DNA of 64,000 nt from the NCBI RefSeq assembly GCF_002854065.1, contig NZ_CP024147.1; one strand, 5' to 3'. This document shows positions 9,584 to 20,814 of this stretch, piece by piece. Numbering within the stretch: position 1 is the stretch's first letter; every line of letters begins with the position of its first letter. Source of the stretch: Escherichia coli. GTDB lineage: Bacteria > Pseudomonadota > Gammaproteobacteria > Enterobacterales > Enterobacteriaceae. The position numbers and the translations under genes were made by a program. A model generated the notes under the pieces. That model had not been told where the DNA came from. It searched no databases and was given only the letters and a program-made list of their open reading frames with translations.

Positions 9584-11272
9584 TCAGTTCAAATCACGAC
9601 TCATTTTTTTCGCTCTCACCGGCATCCCATTTGCCACATAATATCCCGCCGTGCTCCTCGGCAACGCATCCTTCCCGCGAATCATATCCGCTATTTTCTC
9701 GCCAATCATAATCGTCGTGGCGTTCAAATTGCCGGTGATAATTTGCGGCATAATTGACGCATCCACCACGCGCAGGCCTTCCAGCCCGTGTACGCGGCCT
9801 TCGCCGTCAACCACAGCCATCTCGTCATAACCCATTTTGCAGGTACCGCACGGATGAAACGCGGTTTCGGCGTGGTTACGCACGAACTCATCGAGCTGCT
9901 CATCCGTCTGGCATTCGACACCGGGGCTGATTTCGCGGCCACGATACTGATCCAGCGCCGGTTGATGCATGATCTCGCGGGTGATGCGAATTGCGTCGCG
10001 GAACTCCTGCCAGTCCTGCTCGTGCGACATGTAGTTAAACAGAATCGCCGGATGCTGGTGCGGGTCGCGGGATTTAATCCGCACATGCCCACGGCTTGGC
10101 GAGCGCATCGATCCGACGTGGCACTGGAAGCCGTGCTCTTTCACTGCATTCGAGCCGTTATAGTTAATCGCTACTGGCAGGAAATGGTACTGAATATTCG
10201 GCCACGCAAATTCCTCTCGGCTGCGAATAAATCCGCCTGCTTCAAAGTGGTTGCTGGCACCAACGCCGGTGCCGCCAAACAGCCACTCCGCACCGATTTT
10301 CGGCTGATTCCACCACTGCAGGGCAGGGTAGAGGGAAACCGGTTCTTTGCACTCATATTGCAGATACATCTCCAGATGATCCTGAAGATTTTCGCCGACG
10401 CCGGGTAATTCATGCACCAGCGGAATATCAAACTCCGCCAGCAGTTCAGCGCTACCCACGCCGGAACGTTGCAGGATCTGCGGAGAGGCGATCGCACCTG
10501 CACATAACAGCACCTCTTTATTCGCTGTCGCGCGGGTTGGAATGGTGCTGTCGCCTTCCTGCCACTCGACGCCCACCGCGCGTTTGCCGTCAAAAATGAT
10601 GTGATCGGTCATAGCGTGAGTACGAATGGTCAGGTTAGGGCGCGATTTGGCCTGATCGAGATAACCGCGCGCGGTACTGGCGCGACGGCCCTGCGGCGTG
10701 ACGGTGCGATCCATCGGGCCAAAACCTTCCTGCTGATAGCCGTTGAGATCGTCCGTGCGCGGGTAGCCCGCCTGCACGCCCGCTTCAATCATCGCTTCAA
10801 ACAGCGGATTGACGCCGGGTTTGGAGGTGGTGACGCTCACCGGGCCATCACCGCCGTGATAGTCGTTATCACCAATATCGCGCGTCTCGGCCTTGCGATA
10901 GTAGGGCAGGCAGTCGAGATAGCTCCAGTTCTCCAGGCCGGGTTCTTTCGCCCAGTTGTCGAGATCCAGCGCGTTGCCACGGATGTAGCACATGCCGTTG
11001 ATCAGCGACGATCCACCCAGGCCTTTACCGCGTCCGCACTCCATGCGGCGGTTATTCATAAACGGTTCAGGTTCCGTTTCATAGGCCCAGTTGTAGCGTT
11101 TACCCTGTAGCGGGAATGCCAGGGCAGCGGGCATCTGGGTGCGGAAGTCAAAGCGATAGTCCGGGCCGCCCGCTTCAAGCAGCAGCACGGAGGTATTCGG
11201 ATCTTCAGTCAGACGGGTAGCGAGAACGTTGCCGGCTGAGCCGGCACCAATAATGATGTAGTCAAATTGCAA
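9584..11272 (-). CDS. betA: choline dehydrogenase BetA (GMC oxidoreductase)
   Basis: ORF track 9584..11317; start placed at TTG 11272 ([15 protein letters not shown]) because AGGAGG lies 5 nt upstream and the upstream ATG would overlap betB by 32 nt. Confidence 0.9.
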   Translation of the reverse strand: MQFDYIIIGAGSAGNVLATRLTEDPNTSVLLLEAGGPDYRFDFRTQMPAALAFPLQGKRYNWAYETEPEPFMNNRRMECGRGKGLGGSSLINGMCYIRGNALDLDNWAKEPGLENWSYLDCLPYYRKAETRDIGDNDYHGGDGPVSVTTSKPGVNPLFEAMIEAGVQAGYPRTDDLNGYQQEGFGPMDRTVTPQGRRASTARGYLDQAKSRPNLTIRTHAMTDHIIFDGKRAVGVEWQEGDSTIPTRATANKEVLLCAGAIASPQILQRSGVGSAELLAEFDIPLVHELPGVGENLQDHLEMYLQYECKEPVSLYPALQWWNQPKIGAEWLFGGTGVGASNHFEAGGFIRSREEFAWPNIQYHFLPVAINYNGSNAVKEHGFQCHVGSMRSPSRGHVRIKSRDPHQHPAILFNYMSHEQDWQEFRDAIRITREIMHQPALDQYRGREISPGVECQTDEQLDEFVRNHAETAFHPCGTCKMGYDEMAVVDGEGRVHGLEGLRVVDASIMPQIITGNLNATTIMIGEKIADMIRGKDALPRSTAGYYVANGMPVRAKKMSRDLN

Positions 11273-11285
11273 ATAAACCTCCTGG

Positions 11286-12758
11286 TTAGAATATGGACTG
11301 GAATTTAGCCATCTCAACCTGGATGGACTTCACCTGGGTGTAACTCTGGAGCGTCATCACGCCGTTCTCGCGACCAATGCCGGAGTGTTTGTAGCCGCCA
11401 ACGGGCATCTCTACCGGGGATTCGCCCCAGGTGTTGATCCAGCAAATACCCGCTTCCAGCTGATGAATGACGCGATGCGCGCGGTTCAGGTCCGCCGTCA
11501 CGATTCCCGCCGCCAGGCCGTAGTCGGTATCGTTAGCGCGGCGAATGACTTCGTCTTCCGACTCGTAGGTCAGAATGGACATCACTGGCCCGAAGATCTC
11601 TTCACGCACGATGGTCATATCGTCGCTGCAATCGGTGAACACAGTCGGCGCGACCCATGCGCCGTTATCGAGGCCATCGCCTTTCAGTACATCGCCGCCG
11701 CACAGTACGCGCGCGCCTTCCTCTTTGCCTTTGGCGATATAGCGCAGCACGTTATCGCGATGCGGGAAGCTGACCAGCGGGCCGAAGTTAGTTTGCGGAT
11801 CGAAAACGTCGCCCGCGCGAATGCGCTCAACGCGCGCCAGAATCTTTTGTTCAAATGCGGCTTTGCATTTCGCCGGAACGAAGACGCGGGTGCCATTGGT
11901 ACACACCTGACCGGAGCTGAAGAAGTTTGCCATCATGGCGATATCGGCGGCGAGATCGAGATCCGCATCATCGAAAACGATCAGCGGTGATTTACCGCCC
12001 AGTTCCATGGTCACTTCTTTCAGGGAAGAGGCCGCCGAGTTAGCCATCACTTTTTTGCCGCTGGCGACACCGCCGGTAAATGACACTTTGGCAATGCCCG
12101 GATGCTCGGTCAGATATTGCCCGGTCTCCGCGCCCACGCCCGGCAACACGTTAAATACGCCGTCCGGCAGGCCCGCTTCGCTGTAAATTTCAGCCAGCTT
12201 TAACGCGGTAAGCGGGGTGACTTCGCTCGGTTTGAAAATCATTGCGTTGCCTGCCGCCAGCGCCGGGGCGGATTTCCACAGGGCAATCTGGATCGGGTAG
12301 TTCCATGCGCCAATCCCCGCCACCACGCCCAGCGGTTCGCGGCGGGTATAAACAAATGACGTCTCACGCAACGGGATCTGGCTGCCTTCCAGCGCCGGGA
12401 TCAGCCCGGCGTAGTACTCCAGCACGTCCGCACCGGTAACGATATCGACGGTTGAGGTTTCCGAATATGCTTTTCCGGTGTCGAGGGTTTCCAGTTTTGC
12501 GAGTTCGTCATTGCGTTCACGCAGAATATCAACGGCCCGACGCAGAATACGCGAGCGTTCCATAGCGGTCATCGCCGCCCAGATTTTTTGCCCCTGTTGG
12601 GCACTCTTCACGGCGCGATCGACATCCTCACGCCCGGCGGCCTGCACGGTCGCCAGCACGTTACCGTTGGCCGGGTTAATGGTCTCGAAGGTGCGACCGC
12701 TGGTGGCGGAGGTATAACCACCATGTATATAAAGCTGCTGTTCTGCCATTCGGGACAT
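11286..12758 (-). CDS. betB: betaine aldehyde dehydrogenase BetB
   Basis: 490 aa from [10 protein letters not shown]; aldehyde dehydrogenase catalytic motifs ([18 protein letters not shown]). Confidence 0.95.
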   Translation of the reverse strand: MSRMAEQQLYIHGGYTSATSGRTFETINPANGNVLATVQAAGREDVDRAVKSAQQGQKIWAAMTAMERSRILRRAVDILRERNDELAKLETLDTGKAYSETSTVDIVTGADVLEYYAGLIPALEGSQIPLRETSFVYTRREPLGVVAGIGAWNYPIQIALWKSAPALAAGNAMIFKPSEVTPLTALKLAEIYSEAGLPDGVFNVLPGVGAETGQYLTEHPGIAKVSFTGGVASGKKVMANSAASSLKEVTMELGGKSPLIVFDDADLDLAADIAMMANFFSSGQVCTNGTRVFVPAKCKAAFEQKILARVERIRAGDVFDPQTNFGPLVSFPHRDNVLRYIAKGKEEGARVLCGGDVLKGDGLDNGAWVAPTVFTDCSDDMTIVREEIFGPVMSILTYESEDEVIRRANDTDYGLAAGIVTADLNRAHRVIHQLEAGICWINTWGESPVEMPVGGYKHSGIGRENGVMTLQSYTQVKSIQVEMAKFQSIF

Positions 12759-12771
12759 CACGTCTCCTCGG

Positions 12772-13359
12772 TTAATCGGTGGGTAAATGCTGAGTAATAA
12801 AGTGACGGGTCAGCGAGTGTGCGAGAGGTTTATCCAGCGGTTTGCCGCTCAGTGCCGCGCGCAGCCATAATCCGTCAATCAGCGCGGCAAGGCCGTAGCC
12901 CGCTTCCTGTGCCTGGTGGCGCGGCAATTCGCGGCGAAACTCGCTCACCAGATTCGACAGCAAGCGGCGGCTGCTGACCTGCTGTAAACGATAGAGCATC
13001 GGCTGATGCATACTGCTGGCCCAGAACGCCAGCCAGGCTTTCATCGCCGCACTGCTCACCTGCGTTTCATCGAAGTTTCCGCCAACAATCGCCTGTAATC
13101 GCTGCTCTGCACTGCCCTGCGGAAGTGCATGTAATCGATTCAAAACCGCGTCACGCAGCTGACTGGTGATATCGCGCATGGTTGCTTCCAGCAGACCATT
13201 TTTGTCCCTGAAATAGTGGCTGATGATCCCCGTAGAAACGCCTGCACGGCGGGCGATCTGCGCGATCGTTGCATCGTGCATGCCCACTTCATTTATTGCT
13301 TCCAGTGTGGCGTCGATCAGTTGTCTGCGCCGGATCGACTGCATCCCCAATTTGGGCAT
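12772..13359 (-). CDS. betI: TetR-family repressor BetI
   Basis: 195 aa from [14 protein letters not shown]; TetR N-terminal HTH. Confidence 0.9.
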
Positions 13360-13487
13360 TTTCGCCACTCCATTCATCAGCGTTGTTTATCTATTAAAGC
13401 GGTTATTGATTGGACGTTCAATATAAAATGTGTCTTAATTGTTACGAATTTGATTTTAAATGGTAACAATAACAGTGGGGATACTGG
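13360..13487. promoter_or_regulatory. divergent betIBA / betT promoter-operator region
   Basis: 128-bp gap between divergent betI and betT; expected BetI operator location (established knowledge, site not resolved here). Confidence 0.6.
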
Positions 13488-15521
13488 ATGATAGACCTTT
13501 CACACAGCAGGGAAAAGGACAAAATCAATCCGGTGGTGTTTTACACCTCCGCCGGACTGATTTTGTTGTTTTCCCTGACAACGATCCTGTTTCGCGACTT
13601 CTCGGCCCTGTGGATTGGCCGCACGCTGGACTGGGTTTCTAAAACCTTCGGTTGGTACTATCTGCTGGCGGCAACGCTCTATATTGTCTTTGTGGTCTGT
13701 ATCGCTTGTTCGCGTTTTGGTTCGGTGAAGCTCGGGCCAGAACAATCCAAACCGGAATTCAGCCTGCTGAGTTGGGCGGCAATGCTGTTTGCTGCCGGGA
13801 TCGGTATCGATCTGATGTTCTTTTCCGTAGCCGAACCGGTAACGCAGTATATGCAGCCGCCAGAAGGCGCGGGACAGACGATTGAGGCCGCGCGTCAGGC
13901 GATGGTCTGGACGCTGTTTCACTACGGCTTAACCGGCTGGTCGATGTATGCGCTGATGGGCATGGCGCTCGGATACTTTAGCTATCGTTATAATTTGCCG
14001 CTCACCATCCGCTCGGCACTGTACCCGATCTTCGGTAAACGGATTAACGGGCCGATAGGTCACTCAGTGGATATCGCGGCGGTGATCGGCACTATCTTCG
14101 GTATTGCCACTACGCTCGGTATCGGTGTGGTGCAGCTTAACTATGGCTTGAGCGTACTGTTTGATATTCCCGATTCGATGGCGGCAAAAGCGGCACTGAT
14201 CGCCTTGTCGGTGATAATCGCCACTATCTCGGTGACATCCGGTGTCGATAAGGGCATTCGCGTGTTATCGGAGCTTAATGTCGCGCTGGCGTTGGGATTG
14301 ATCCTGTTCGTGTTGTTTATGGGCGACACTTCGTTCCTGCTTAATGCACTGGTGCTGAATGTTGGCGACTATGTGAATCGCTTTATGGGCATGACGCTCA
14401 ACAGTTTTGCCTTCGACCGTCCAGTTGAGTGGATGAATAACTGGACGCTCTTCTTCTGGGCATGGTGGGTGGCATGGTCGCCGTTTGTCGGCTTGTTCCT
14501 GGCGCGTATCTCGCGTGGGCGTACCATTCGCCAGTTCGTGCTGGGCACGTTGATTATTCCGTTTACCTTCACGCTGTTATGGCTCTCGGTGTTCGGCAAT
14601 AGCGCGCTGTATGAAATCATCCACGGCGGCGCGGCATTTGCCGAGGAAGCGATGGTCCATCCGGAGCGCGGCTTCTACAGCCTGCTGGCGCAGTATCCGG
14701 CGTTTACCTTTAGCGCCTCCGTCGCCACCATTACTGGCCTGCTGTTTTATGTGACCTCGGCGGACTCCGGGGCGCTGGTGCTGGGGAATTTCACCTCGCA
14801 GCTTAAAGATATCAACAGCGACGCCCCCGGCTGGCTGCGCGTCTTCTGGTCGGTGGCGATTGGCCTGCTGACGCTCGGCATGCTGATGACCAACGGGATA
14901 TCCGCGCTGCAAAACACCACGGTGATTATGGGGCTGCCGTTCAGCTTTGTGATCTTCTTCGTGATGGCGGGGTTGTATAAATCTCTGAAGGTAGAAGATT
15001 ACCGCCGTGAAAGTGCCAACCGCGATACCGCACCGCGACCGCTGGGGCTTCAGGATCGCCTGAGCTGGAAAAAACGTCTCTCGCGCCTGATGAATTATCC
15101 GGGCACGCGTTACACTAAACAGATGATGGAGACGGTCTGTTACCCGGCAATGGAAGAAGTGGCGCAGGAGTTGCGGTTGCGCGGCGCGTACGTGGAGCTA
15201 AAAAGCCTGCCGCCGGAAGAGGGACAACAGTTGGGGCATCTGGATTTGTTGGTGCATATGGGCGAAGAGCAAAACTTTGTCTATCAGATTTGGCCGCAGC
15301 AATATTCGGTGCCGGGCTTTACCTACCGCGCACGTAGCGGTAAATCGACTTACTACCGGCTGGAAACTTTCCTGTTAGAAGGCAGCCAGGGCAACGACCT
15401 GATGGACTACAGCAAAGAGCAGGTGATCACCGATATTCTTGACCAGTACGAGCGGCACCTTAACTTTATTCATCTCCATCGTGAAGCGCCGGGCCATAGC
15501 GTGATGTTCCCGGACGCGTGA
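13488..15521 (+). CDS. betT: choline transporter BetT (BCCT family)
   Basis: 677-aa multi-TM ORF with long cytoplasmic C-terminal tail. Confidence 0.95.
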   Translation: MIDLSHSREKDKINPVVFYTSAGLILLFSLTTILFRDFSALWIGRTLDWVSKTFGWYYLLAATLYIVFVVCIACSRFGSVKLGPEQSKPEFSLLSWAAMLFAAGIGIDLMFFSVAEPVTQYMQPPEGAGQTIEAARQAMVWTLFHYGLTGWSMYALMGMALGYFSYRYNLPLTIRSALYPIFGKRINGPIGHSVDIAAVIGTIFGIATTLGIGVVQLNYGLSVLFDIPDSMAAKAALIALSVIIATISVTSGVDKGIRVLSELNVALALGLILFVLFMGDTSFLLNALVLNVGDYVNRFMGMTLNSFAFDRPVEWMNNWTLFFWAWWVAWSPFVGLFLARISRGRTIRQFVLGTLIIPFTFTLLWLSVFGNSALYEIIHGGAAFAEEAMVHPERGFYSLLAQYPAFTFSASVATITGLLFYVTSADSGALVLGNFTSQLKDINSDAPGWLRVFWSVAIGLLTLGMLMTNGISALQNTTVIMGLPFSFVIFFVMAGLYKSLKVEDYRRESANRDTAPRPLGLQDRLSWKKRLSRLMNYPGTRYTKQMMETVCYPAMEEVAQELRLRGAYVELKSLPPEEGQQLGHLDLLVHMGEEQNFVYQIWPQQYSVPGFTYRARSGKSTYYRLETFLLEGSQGNDLMDYSKEQVITDILDQYERHLNFIHLHREAPGHSVMFPDA

Positions 15522-15534
15522 TTGTTATTGCATA

Positions 15535-15571
15535 AAACCGCGCCATGTCTGCATATGGCGCGGTTTCTCTT
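15535..15571 (+). terminator. betT rho-independent terminator candidate (stem aaaccgcgccat / atggcgcggttt followed by T-rich run)
   Basis: Read directly from sequence, 14 nt after betT stop. Confidence 0.6.
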
Positions 15572-16396
15572 ACCTCTTGATACGTTATATCTGTACGGTT
15601 AAGCCCTTAGTATCGATTGATGATTGCCAGGCAACAGATAATAAAAAAGAAAAGAACTATTGAAGCCCAAAACCTACATTTGGACTGTTGTGAATGTTCA
15701 ATAAGCTTAGTCTTATTTAATGTAAATATTGGTGCTAATTTGAAATGACGCTTTATTCATGGGGAACGCGTAGCGCAAATCAACTAAAATCAATGTAACC
15801 GTTTGTTGTTTAAGGTTTAATTGTCTGTGTCTGATATTTTATTGATTGTTTTAAATATTGTTTTTATTGTCATTGTTATAATGTTGGCTATCTATTGCTG
15901 AATGGATTCAGTCTTAAAAGGCAGGTTGTTAAGGGATAGGCATAGAGTAATGACGTGTATGCATAACCAACATCTTTACTCATTATGTCATTGAATGTTG
16001 ACGCTATGTGTTTATGAGGTTGAGGTATTTTCAGTTGATCTGGATTGTTAAATTCATATAATGCGCCTTTACTCATGAGTGGGCATCAATACGTAGTGGG
16101 AAATTATAAATATCGAAATAGTCCAACTACTTCTTTATTACCAAAAATGAGTATCTGAATTTTAATATTGCATTCTTGCGTGATTATCTCCTGAGTTTGA
16201 CTTGTGATTACCTTTTTAAGGTATTTAGCGTAACTGTTTTTGAGCGAGCATCAGAGGTAAAGATAATCTTCTTGATAGTGATGTGGGATGTTATACGAAT
16301 GGCATCGCTAATGTTTATGGTTACCCCTTATGTGTGCTCAGGAATCCACAGGTAATCACTCATACTGAACAGCGATAAAAGATAAAAGGTGTGTTC

Positions 16397-17485
16397 ATGA
16401 ATTCATGTGATTTTCGTGTTTTTCTGCAAGAGTTCGGTACAACGGTTCATTTGTCATTGCCTGGTAGCGTATCCGAGAAAGAACGACTGCTACTCAAGCT
16501 GCTGATGCAGGGAATGTCTGTAACAGAAATATCACAGTACAGAAATCGCAGTGCAAAGACAATTTCACATCAAAAGAAACAGCTCTTTGAGAAACTGGGG
16601 ATTCAGAGCGATATTACTTTCTGGCGCGATATTTTCTTTCAGTACAATCCGGAGATCATATCCGCCACGGGTAGTAATAGTCATAGATATATTAATGATA
16701 ATCACTATCACCATATCGTCACGCCTGAAGCCATCAGTCTGGCGTTGGAAAACCATGAATTCAAACCGTGGATCCAACCGGTTTTCTGCGCGCAGACTGG
16801 GGTACTGACGGGCTGTGAAGTGCTTGTCCGCTGGGAACATCCACAAACGGGAATCATCCCGCCGGATCAGTTTATTCCTCTGGCGGAGTCATCCGGTCTT
16901 ATTGTCATAATGACCCGCCAACTGATGAAACAGACTGCGGATATTCTAATGCCGGTAAAACATTTGCTGCCGGATAATTTCCATATTGGTATCAACGTCT
17001 CGGCGGGTTGTTTTTTGGCCGCGGGATTTGAAAAAGAATGCCTGAACCTGGTCAAGAAATTAGGAAACGATAAAATCAAACTGGTTCTCGAGCTAACGGA
17101 ACGTAACCCTATTCCGGTAACGCCAGAAGCCAGAGCGATATTTGACAGCCTTCATCAGCACAACATTACCTTTGCGCTGGATGACTTTGGTACGGGTTAT
17201 GCGACCTATCGTTATCTGCAGGCGTTTCCGGTCGATTTTATTAAGATCGATAAGTCATTTGTGCAAATGGCGAGTGTCGACGAAATATCCGGTCATATTG
17301 TGGACAATATTGTCGAACTGGCTCGTAAGCCTGGTCTGAGTATCGTGGCGGAAGGGGTAGAAACCCAGGAGCAGGCGGATTTAATGATCGGTAAAGGCGT
17401 TCACTTTTTGCAGGGCTATTTGTACTCTCCGCCAGTACCGGGTAATAAATTTATCTCTGAATGGGTAATGAAAGCAGGTGGTTGA
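16397..17485 (+). CDS. pdeL: c-di-GMP phosphodiesterase PdeL (LuxR-type HTH + EAL domain)
   Basis: ORF track 16391..17485; start at MNSCDF (362 aa); LuxR HTH near N-terminus, EAL-domain motifs (ELTE, DDFGTGY). Confidence 0.9.
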   Translation: MNSCDFRVFLQEFGTTVHLSLPGSVSEKERLLLKLLMQGMSVTEISQYRNRSAKTISHQKKQLFEKLGIQSDITFWRDIFFQYNPEIISATGSNSHRYINDNHYHHIVTPEAISLALENHEFKPWIQPVFCAQTGVLTGCEVLVRWEHPQTGIIPPDQFIPLAESSGLIVIMTRQLMKQTADILMPVKHLLPDNFHIGINVSAGCFLAAGFEKECLNLVKKLGNDKIKLVLELTERNPIPVTPEARAIFDSLHQHNITFALDDFGTGYATYRYLQAFPVDFIKIDKSFVQMASVDEISGHIVDNIVELARKPGLSIVAEGVETQEQADLMIGKGVHFLQGYLYSPPVPGNKFISEWVMKAGG

Positions 17486-17526
17486 TGTAAACCGCTATTC
17501 ACAGCGCATCGGGAGGTTGGCAGCGA

Positions 17527-18459
17527 TTAATTCTCCCGATGCAGTAAATCCTGATAGATCCCCGTTAATATGCCATTTGGCGCAAATTGTTTTTTAATCC
17601 ACTGCGTCACCTGGCCGGTGGCAGAGTGCTGGGTCGCCAGTAACATGCGTGAATCCTGGCGCGGGTTATGGATTTGTCGGGTAACCAGCAGGGATTGCGC
17701 CATCGCCTCACGGACCATGTAATCTGGCAAAAAACCAATCCCTTCACCTAAAATCTGGCACTGACATTTGGTGTTGAAATCTGGCACCAGAATTGACTCC
17801 TGCCCGTGCAGCAACCAGCCCACTTTTTTATTAATCGTATGCGCGGTGTCCTCCACCATAATATTAGGGTAGAGACGCAGTTGGCTTTCGGCGATGGGTT
17901 CCGGCACAAAGGCTAACGGGTGATCCGGGGCGATAGCAAAAGCCCAGCGAATCGCGCCAATCTCCGTGTAATCAATGCCGCCACCGTCCAGCAGCGTGTC
18001 GGGTGCGCCGATAGCGATATTTGCCTGATTATTAATAATCGCATCCCAGACGCCGTTATACACTTCGGTGGTGACGGTAATCTGGCAGGTAGGAAACTGC
18101 TTTTTCAGCACCTGTAATAAGCGTGCGGTGTGTTTGGGCGTATAAAGCAACTGATTAATACAAATGCGCACACGCGCTTCTATGCCCTGCGAAATAGTAT
18201 CGATGCTGCGTTTGATGGCGTGAAAATCATTCAGCAGGTCGGTAGCTTTGCGGAAAAAATAACGCCCGGACTCCGTTAACTCAATGCTGCGGGTACTGCG
18301 AGTGAACAGCACCACATCCAGCCCTGTTTCCATTCGCTTGATGGTGTAGCTAATGGCGGAAGTGGTTAAACCCAACTCTTCTGCGGCTTTACTGAAGCTG
18401 CCAAAACGCGCAGCGGTAGTAAATGCCAACAGATTCTCTTCGGTAAAAATTGAGTTCAT
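17527..18459 (-). CDS. yahB: LysR-family transcriptional regulator YahB
   Basis: 310 aa; N-terminal LysR HTH (FSKAAEELGLTTSAISYTIKRME). Confidence 0.85.
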   Translation of the reverse strand: MNSIFTEENLLAFTTAARFGSFSKAAEELGLTTSAISYTIKRMETGLDVVLFTRSTRSIELTESGRYFFRKATDLLNDFHAIKRSIDTISQGIEARVRICINQLLYTPKHTARLLQVLKKQFPTCQITVTTEVYNGVWDAIINNQANIAIGAPDTLLDGGGIDYTEIGAIRWAFAIAPDHPLAFVPEPIAESQLRLYPNIMVEDTAHTINKKVGWLLHGQESILVPDFNTKCQCQILGEGIGFLPDYMVREAMAQSLLVTRQIHNPRQDSRMLLATQHSATGQVTQWIKKQFAPNGILTGIYQDLLHREN

Positions 18460-18550
18460 TAAACCATTCCCGCCATTATCTAATATGAATTTCTCCAGCT
18501 ATGACTGTAGAGGTATCGGTTAAAGATAGATAATCATTTTTGAATAACTT

Positions 18551-19048
18551 TTAATACCCGTCGCGTTTAGTCGTCGCTTCGCTTAATTTTTGTCCACCAT
18601 ATTCTGAAATTATCCCCACGCAGTTACCCGCCAGAAAACCCAGTAATGTCACCGTCCAGTTCATCCCGCTGGCAAAAAACAGCGTCATGCCGAGAAAGCC
18701 ACCGGGAATAAATGACAGTAACCAGAAACGCCCTTGCCAGACCACCACCGCCGAGAAGGGTACGGTAGTAATTACGCTCGCCCAGAACGCGGACAGTCCA
18801 CTTACAGAGGCCAGCCAACCAGCAGTCAGCGCGGCGAAAAACGCCCACACCATCCCGGAATAATTAACCGCCAGACTTCTGATAAACCCCGATTTACCGC
18901 CGCCTGCGGCATAAAAACTGCAAAAGGCGACGAAGCCAATGGTTCCTAATAATTCCCATCCCTGAGAGAGCCCGACATGTGAAGACACTAACTGCCAAAG
19001 CCCTGCACAAATACCGACGGTGACACCCGTTGCCGTGAGTCCGTTCAT
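18551..19048 (-). CDS. yahC: inner membrane protein YahC
   Basis: 165-aa highly hydrophobic ORF. Confidence 0.75.
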   Translation of the reverse strand: MNGLTATGVTVGICAGLWQLVSSHVGLSQGWELLGTIGFVAFCSFYAAGGGKSGFIRSLAVNYSGMVWAFFAALTAGWLASVSGLSAFWASVITTVPFSAVVVWQGRFWLLSFIPGGFLGMTLFFASGMNWTVTLLGFLAGNCVGIISEYGGQKLSEATTKRDGY

Positions 19049-19305
19049 CTTGTTCCCCTCTGGTTAGACATGGACGAAAGCTACTCTTACATGTGCAGAC
19101 TATAGAGAAATAAAACCTGATTGAGTGAAAGGGTATCGGGTCAAAGAAACAAATATTGCACTACCGCACACTGCGAAAAGATTGTTGAACATTATTCAAC
19201 AAAAAGGCGAAATACGGCGAATTAAATTTAAGCGGGTTCTTTTATCAGATTATCGTTGCTATTCTCAATTCATCGAAAACAGCCACAAAAACCAGGGGAA
19301 TGTGA

Positions 19306-19911
19306 ATGAGTATAAAAAATCTACCTGCCGAATATTTATTGGCTGCACAACAGGGTGATATCGATAAAGTAAAAACCTGCCTTGCGCTGGGTGTCGATAT
19401 TAATACCTGCGATCGTCAGGGGAAAACGGCAATTACGCTGGCAAGTTTATATCAGCAATATGCTTGCGTTCAGGCATTAATTGACGCCGGAGCGGATATT
19501 AATAAACAAGATCATACCTGTTTAAATCCTTTTTTAATTAGCTGTCTGAACGATGATTTAACGCTACTACGAATTATTTTACCGGCTAAACCCGATCTTA
19601 ATTGCGTAACCCGTTTTGGCGGTGTCGGCCTGACGCCTGCCTGTGAAAAAGGCCATTTAAGTATTGTAAAAGAGCTTTTGGCGCATACGGAGATTAACGT
19701 TAACCAGACCAACCATGTAGGCTGGACGCCGCTACTGGAAGCGATTGTGCTTAATGATGGCGGGATTAAACAGCAGGCGATTGTCCAGTTATTGCTGGAA
19801 CACGGTGCCAGCCCGCATCTGACCGATAAATATGGCAAAACGCCGCTGGAACTGGCGCGGGAACGGGGCTTTGAAGAGATTGCGCAGTTGCTGATTGCGG
19901 CAGGCGCATAA
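19306..19911 (+). CDS. yahD: ankyrin-repeat protein YahD
   Basis: 201 aa; repeated ankyrin-like G-TPL--A motifs. Confidence 0.8.
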   Translation: MSIKNLPAEYLLAAQQGDIDKVKTCLALGVDINTCDRQGKTAITLASLYQQYACVQALIDAGADINKQDHTCLNPFLISCLNDDLTLLRIILPAKPDLNCVTRFGGVGLTPACEKGHLSIVKELLAHTEINVNQTNHVGWTPLLEAIVLNDGGIKQQAIVQLLLEHGASPHLTDKYGKTPLELARERGFEEIAQLLIAAGA

Positions 19912-19950
19912 ACCGGGAGGCTTGCTATCAACACACCAGAAAGACGGTGT

Positions 19951-20814
19951 GTGTGGGCGCTAACTGCGGATGCTGATTTTCTGGCGCAGCGGGGGCAAGG
20001 ACAGGTTGAACAGGTCTTTGCCAGAGCGGTAAATATCGCAATCCCGGCTCGCCAGCAGTTGCTGACGCTGCTTTGTGAAGAGTACGACAATGCGCCAAAC
20101 AGTTGTCGGTTGGCACTCACTCACTTTGATGGTCTGTTTCGGCATGGTGATAAGGTTCAGTTTGACGATCAAGGCATTACGGTTGGTCAACATCTTCATA
20201 TAGAGATGAGTCGTTGTCGGCGTTGGCTGTCCCCAACCTTGCAAATGACCGCTGTGAATTTTCACCTTATCGCCTGGCAACAGTGGCACGACATTATTCA
20301 TCAGCACCTGGGGGAAAATGAAACCCTGTTTAATTATCGCGGCGATAATCCGTTTTATCAGGCGTTAAATAAAGAATTACATATTAAACGACGGGCAGTT
20401 ATTCAGACAGTAAACGATAAGCAAAATATCGCCTCAGCGGTCGCCAGTATGATGGGGTTAGGGATTGGCCTTACGCCATCAGCCGACGATTATTTAACAG
20501 GTCTGGCGCTTATTTTATTTATTCCCGGGCATCCGGCGGAAAAATACAAAGAGGAATTTTATCTCGGTCTGCAACGCGGCAGAAATAATACCACATTATT
20601 AAGTGCTATAACGCTGGAAGCCGCATTACAACAACGTTGCCGGGAAAATATTCATCGTTTTATTCACAACATTATTTATGACATCCCTAGGAACGCAACT
20701 CAGGCAATAGAAAAAATTAAACATATTGGCTCCAGTTCCGGCTGCGACATGCTGTATGGCATGGCCGATGGTTGTGCGCTGAGCCAAACCTACGGAGGGA
20801 ATTATGTCAGTTAA
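19951..20814 (+). CDS. yahE: DUF2877 protein YahE (YlbF paralogue)
   Basis: 287-aa ORF; position and length match yahE; overlaps yahF start by 11 nt. Confidence 0.75.
   Translation: MWALTADADFLAQRGQGQVEQVFARAVNIAIPARQQLLTLLCEEYDNAPNSCRLALTHFDGLFRHGDKVQFDDQGITVGQHLHIEMSRCRRWLSPTLQMTAVNFHLIAWQQWHDIIHQHLGENETLFNYRGDNPFYQALNKELHIKRRAVIQTVNDKQNIASAVASMMGLGIGLTPSADDYLTGLALILFIPGHPAEKYKEEFYLGLQRGRNNTTLLSAITLEAALQQRCRENIHRFIHNIIYDIPRNATQAIEKIKHIGSSSGCDMLYGMADGCALSQTYGGNYVS

Noticed and set aside
19125-19358. 77-aa ORF in the yahC-yahD intergenic region
   Set aside because: Overlaps the yahD start, lysine/arginine-rich low-complexity translation of AT-rich promoter DNA, no SD sequence; likely spurious.
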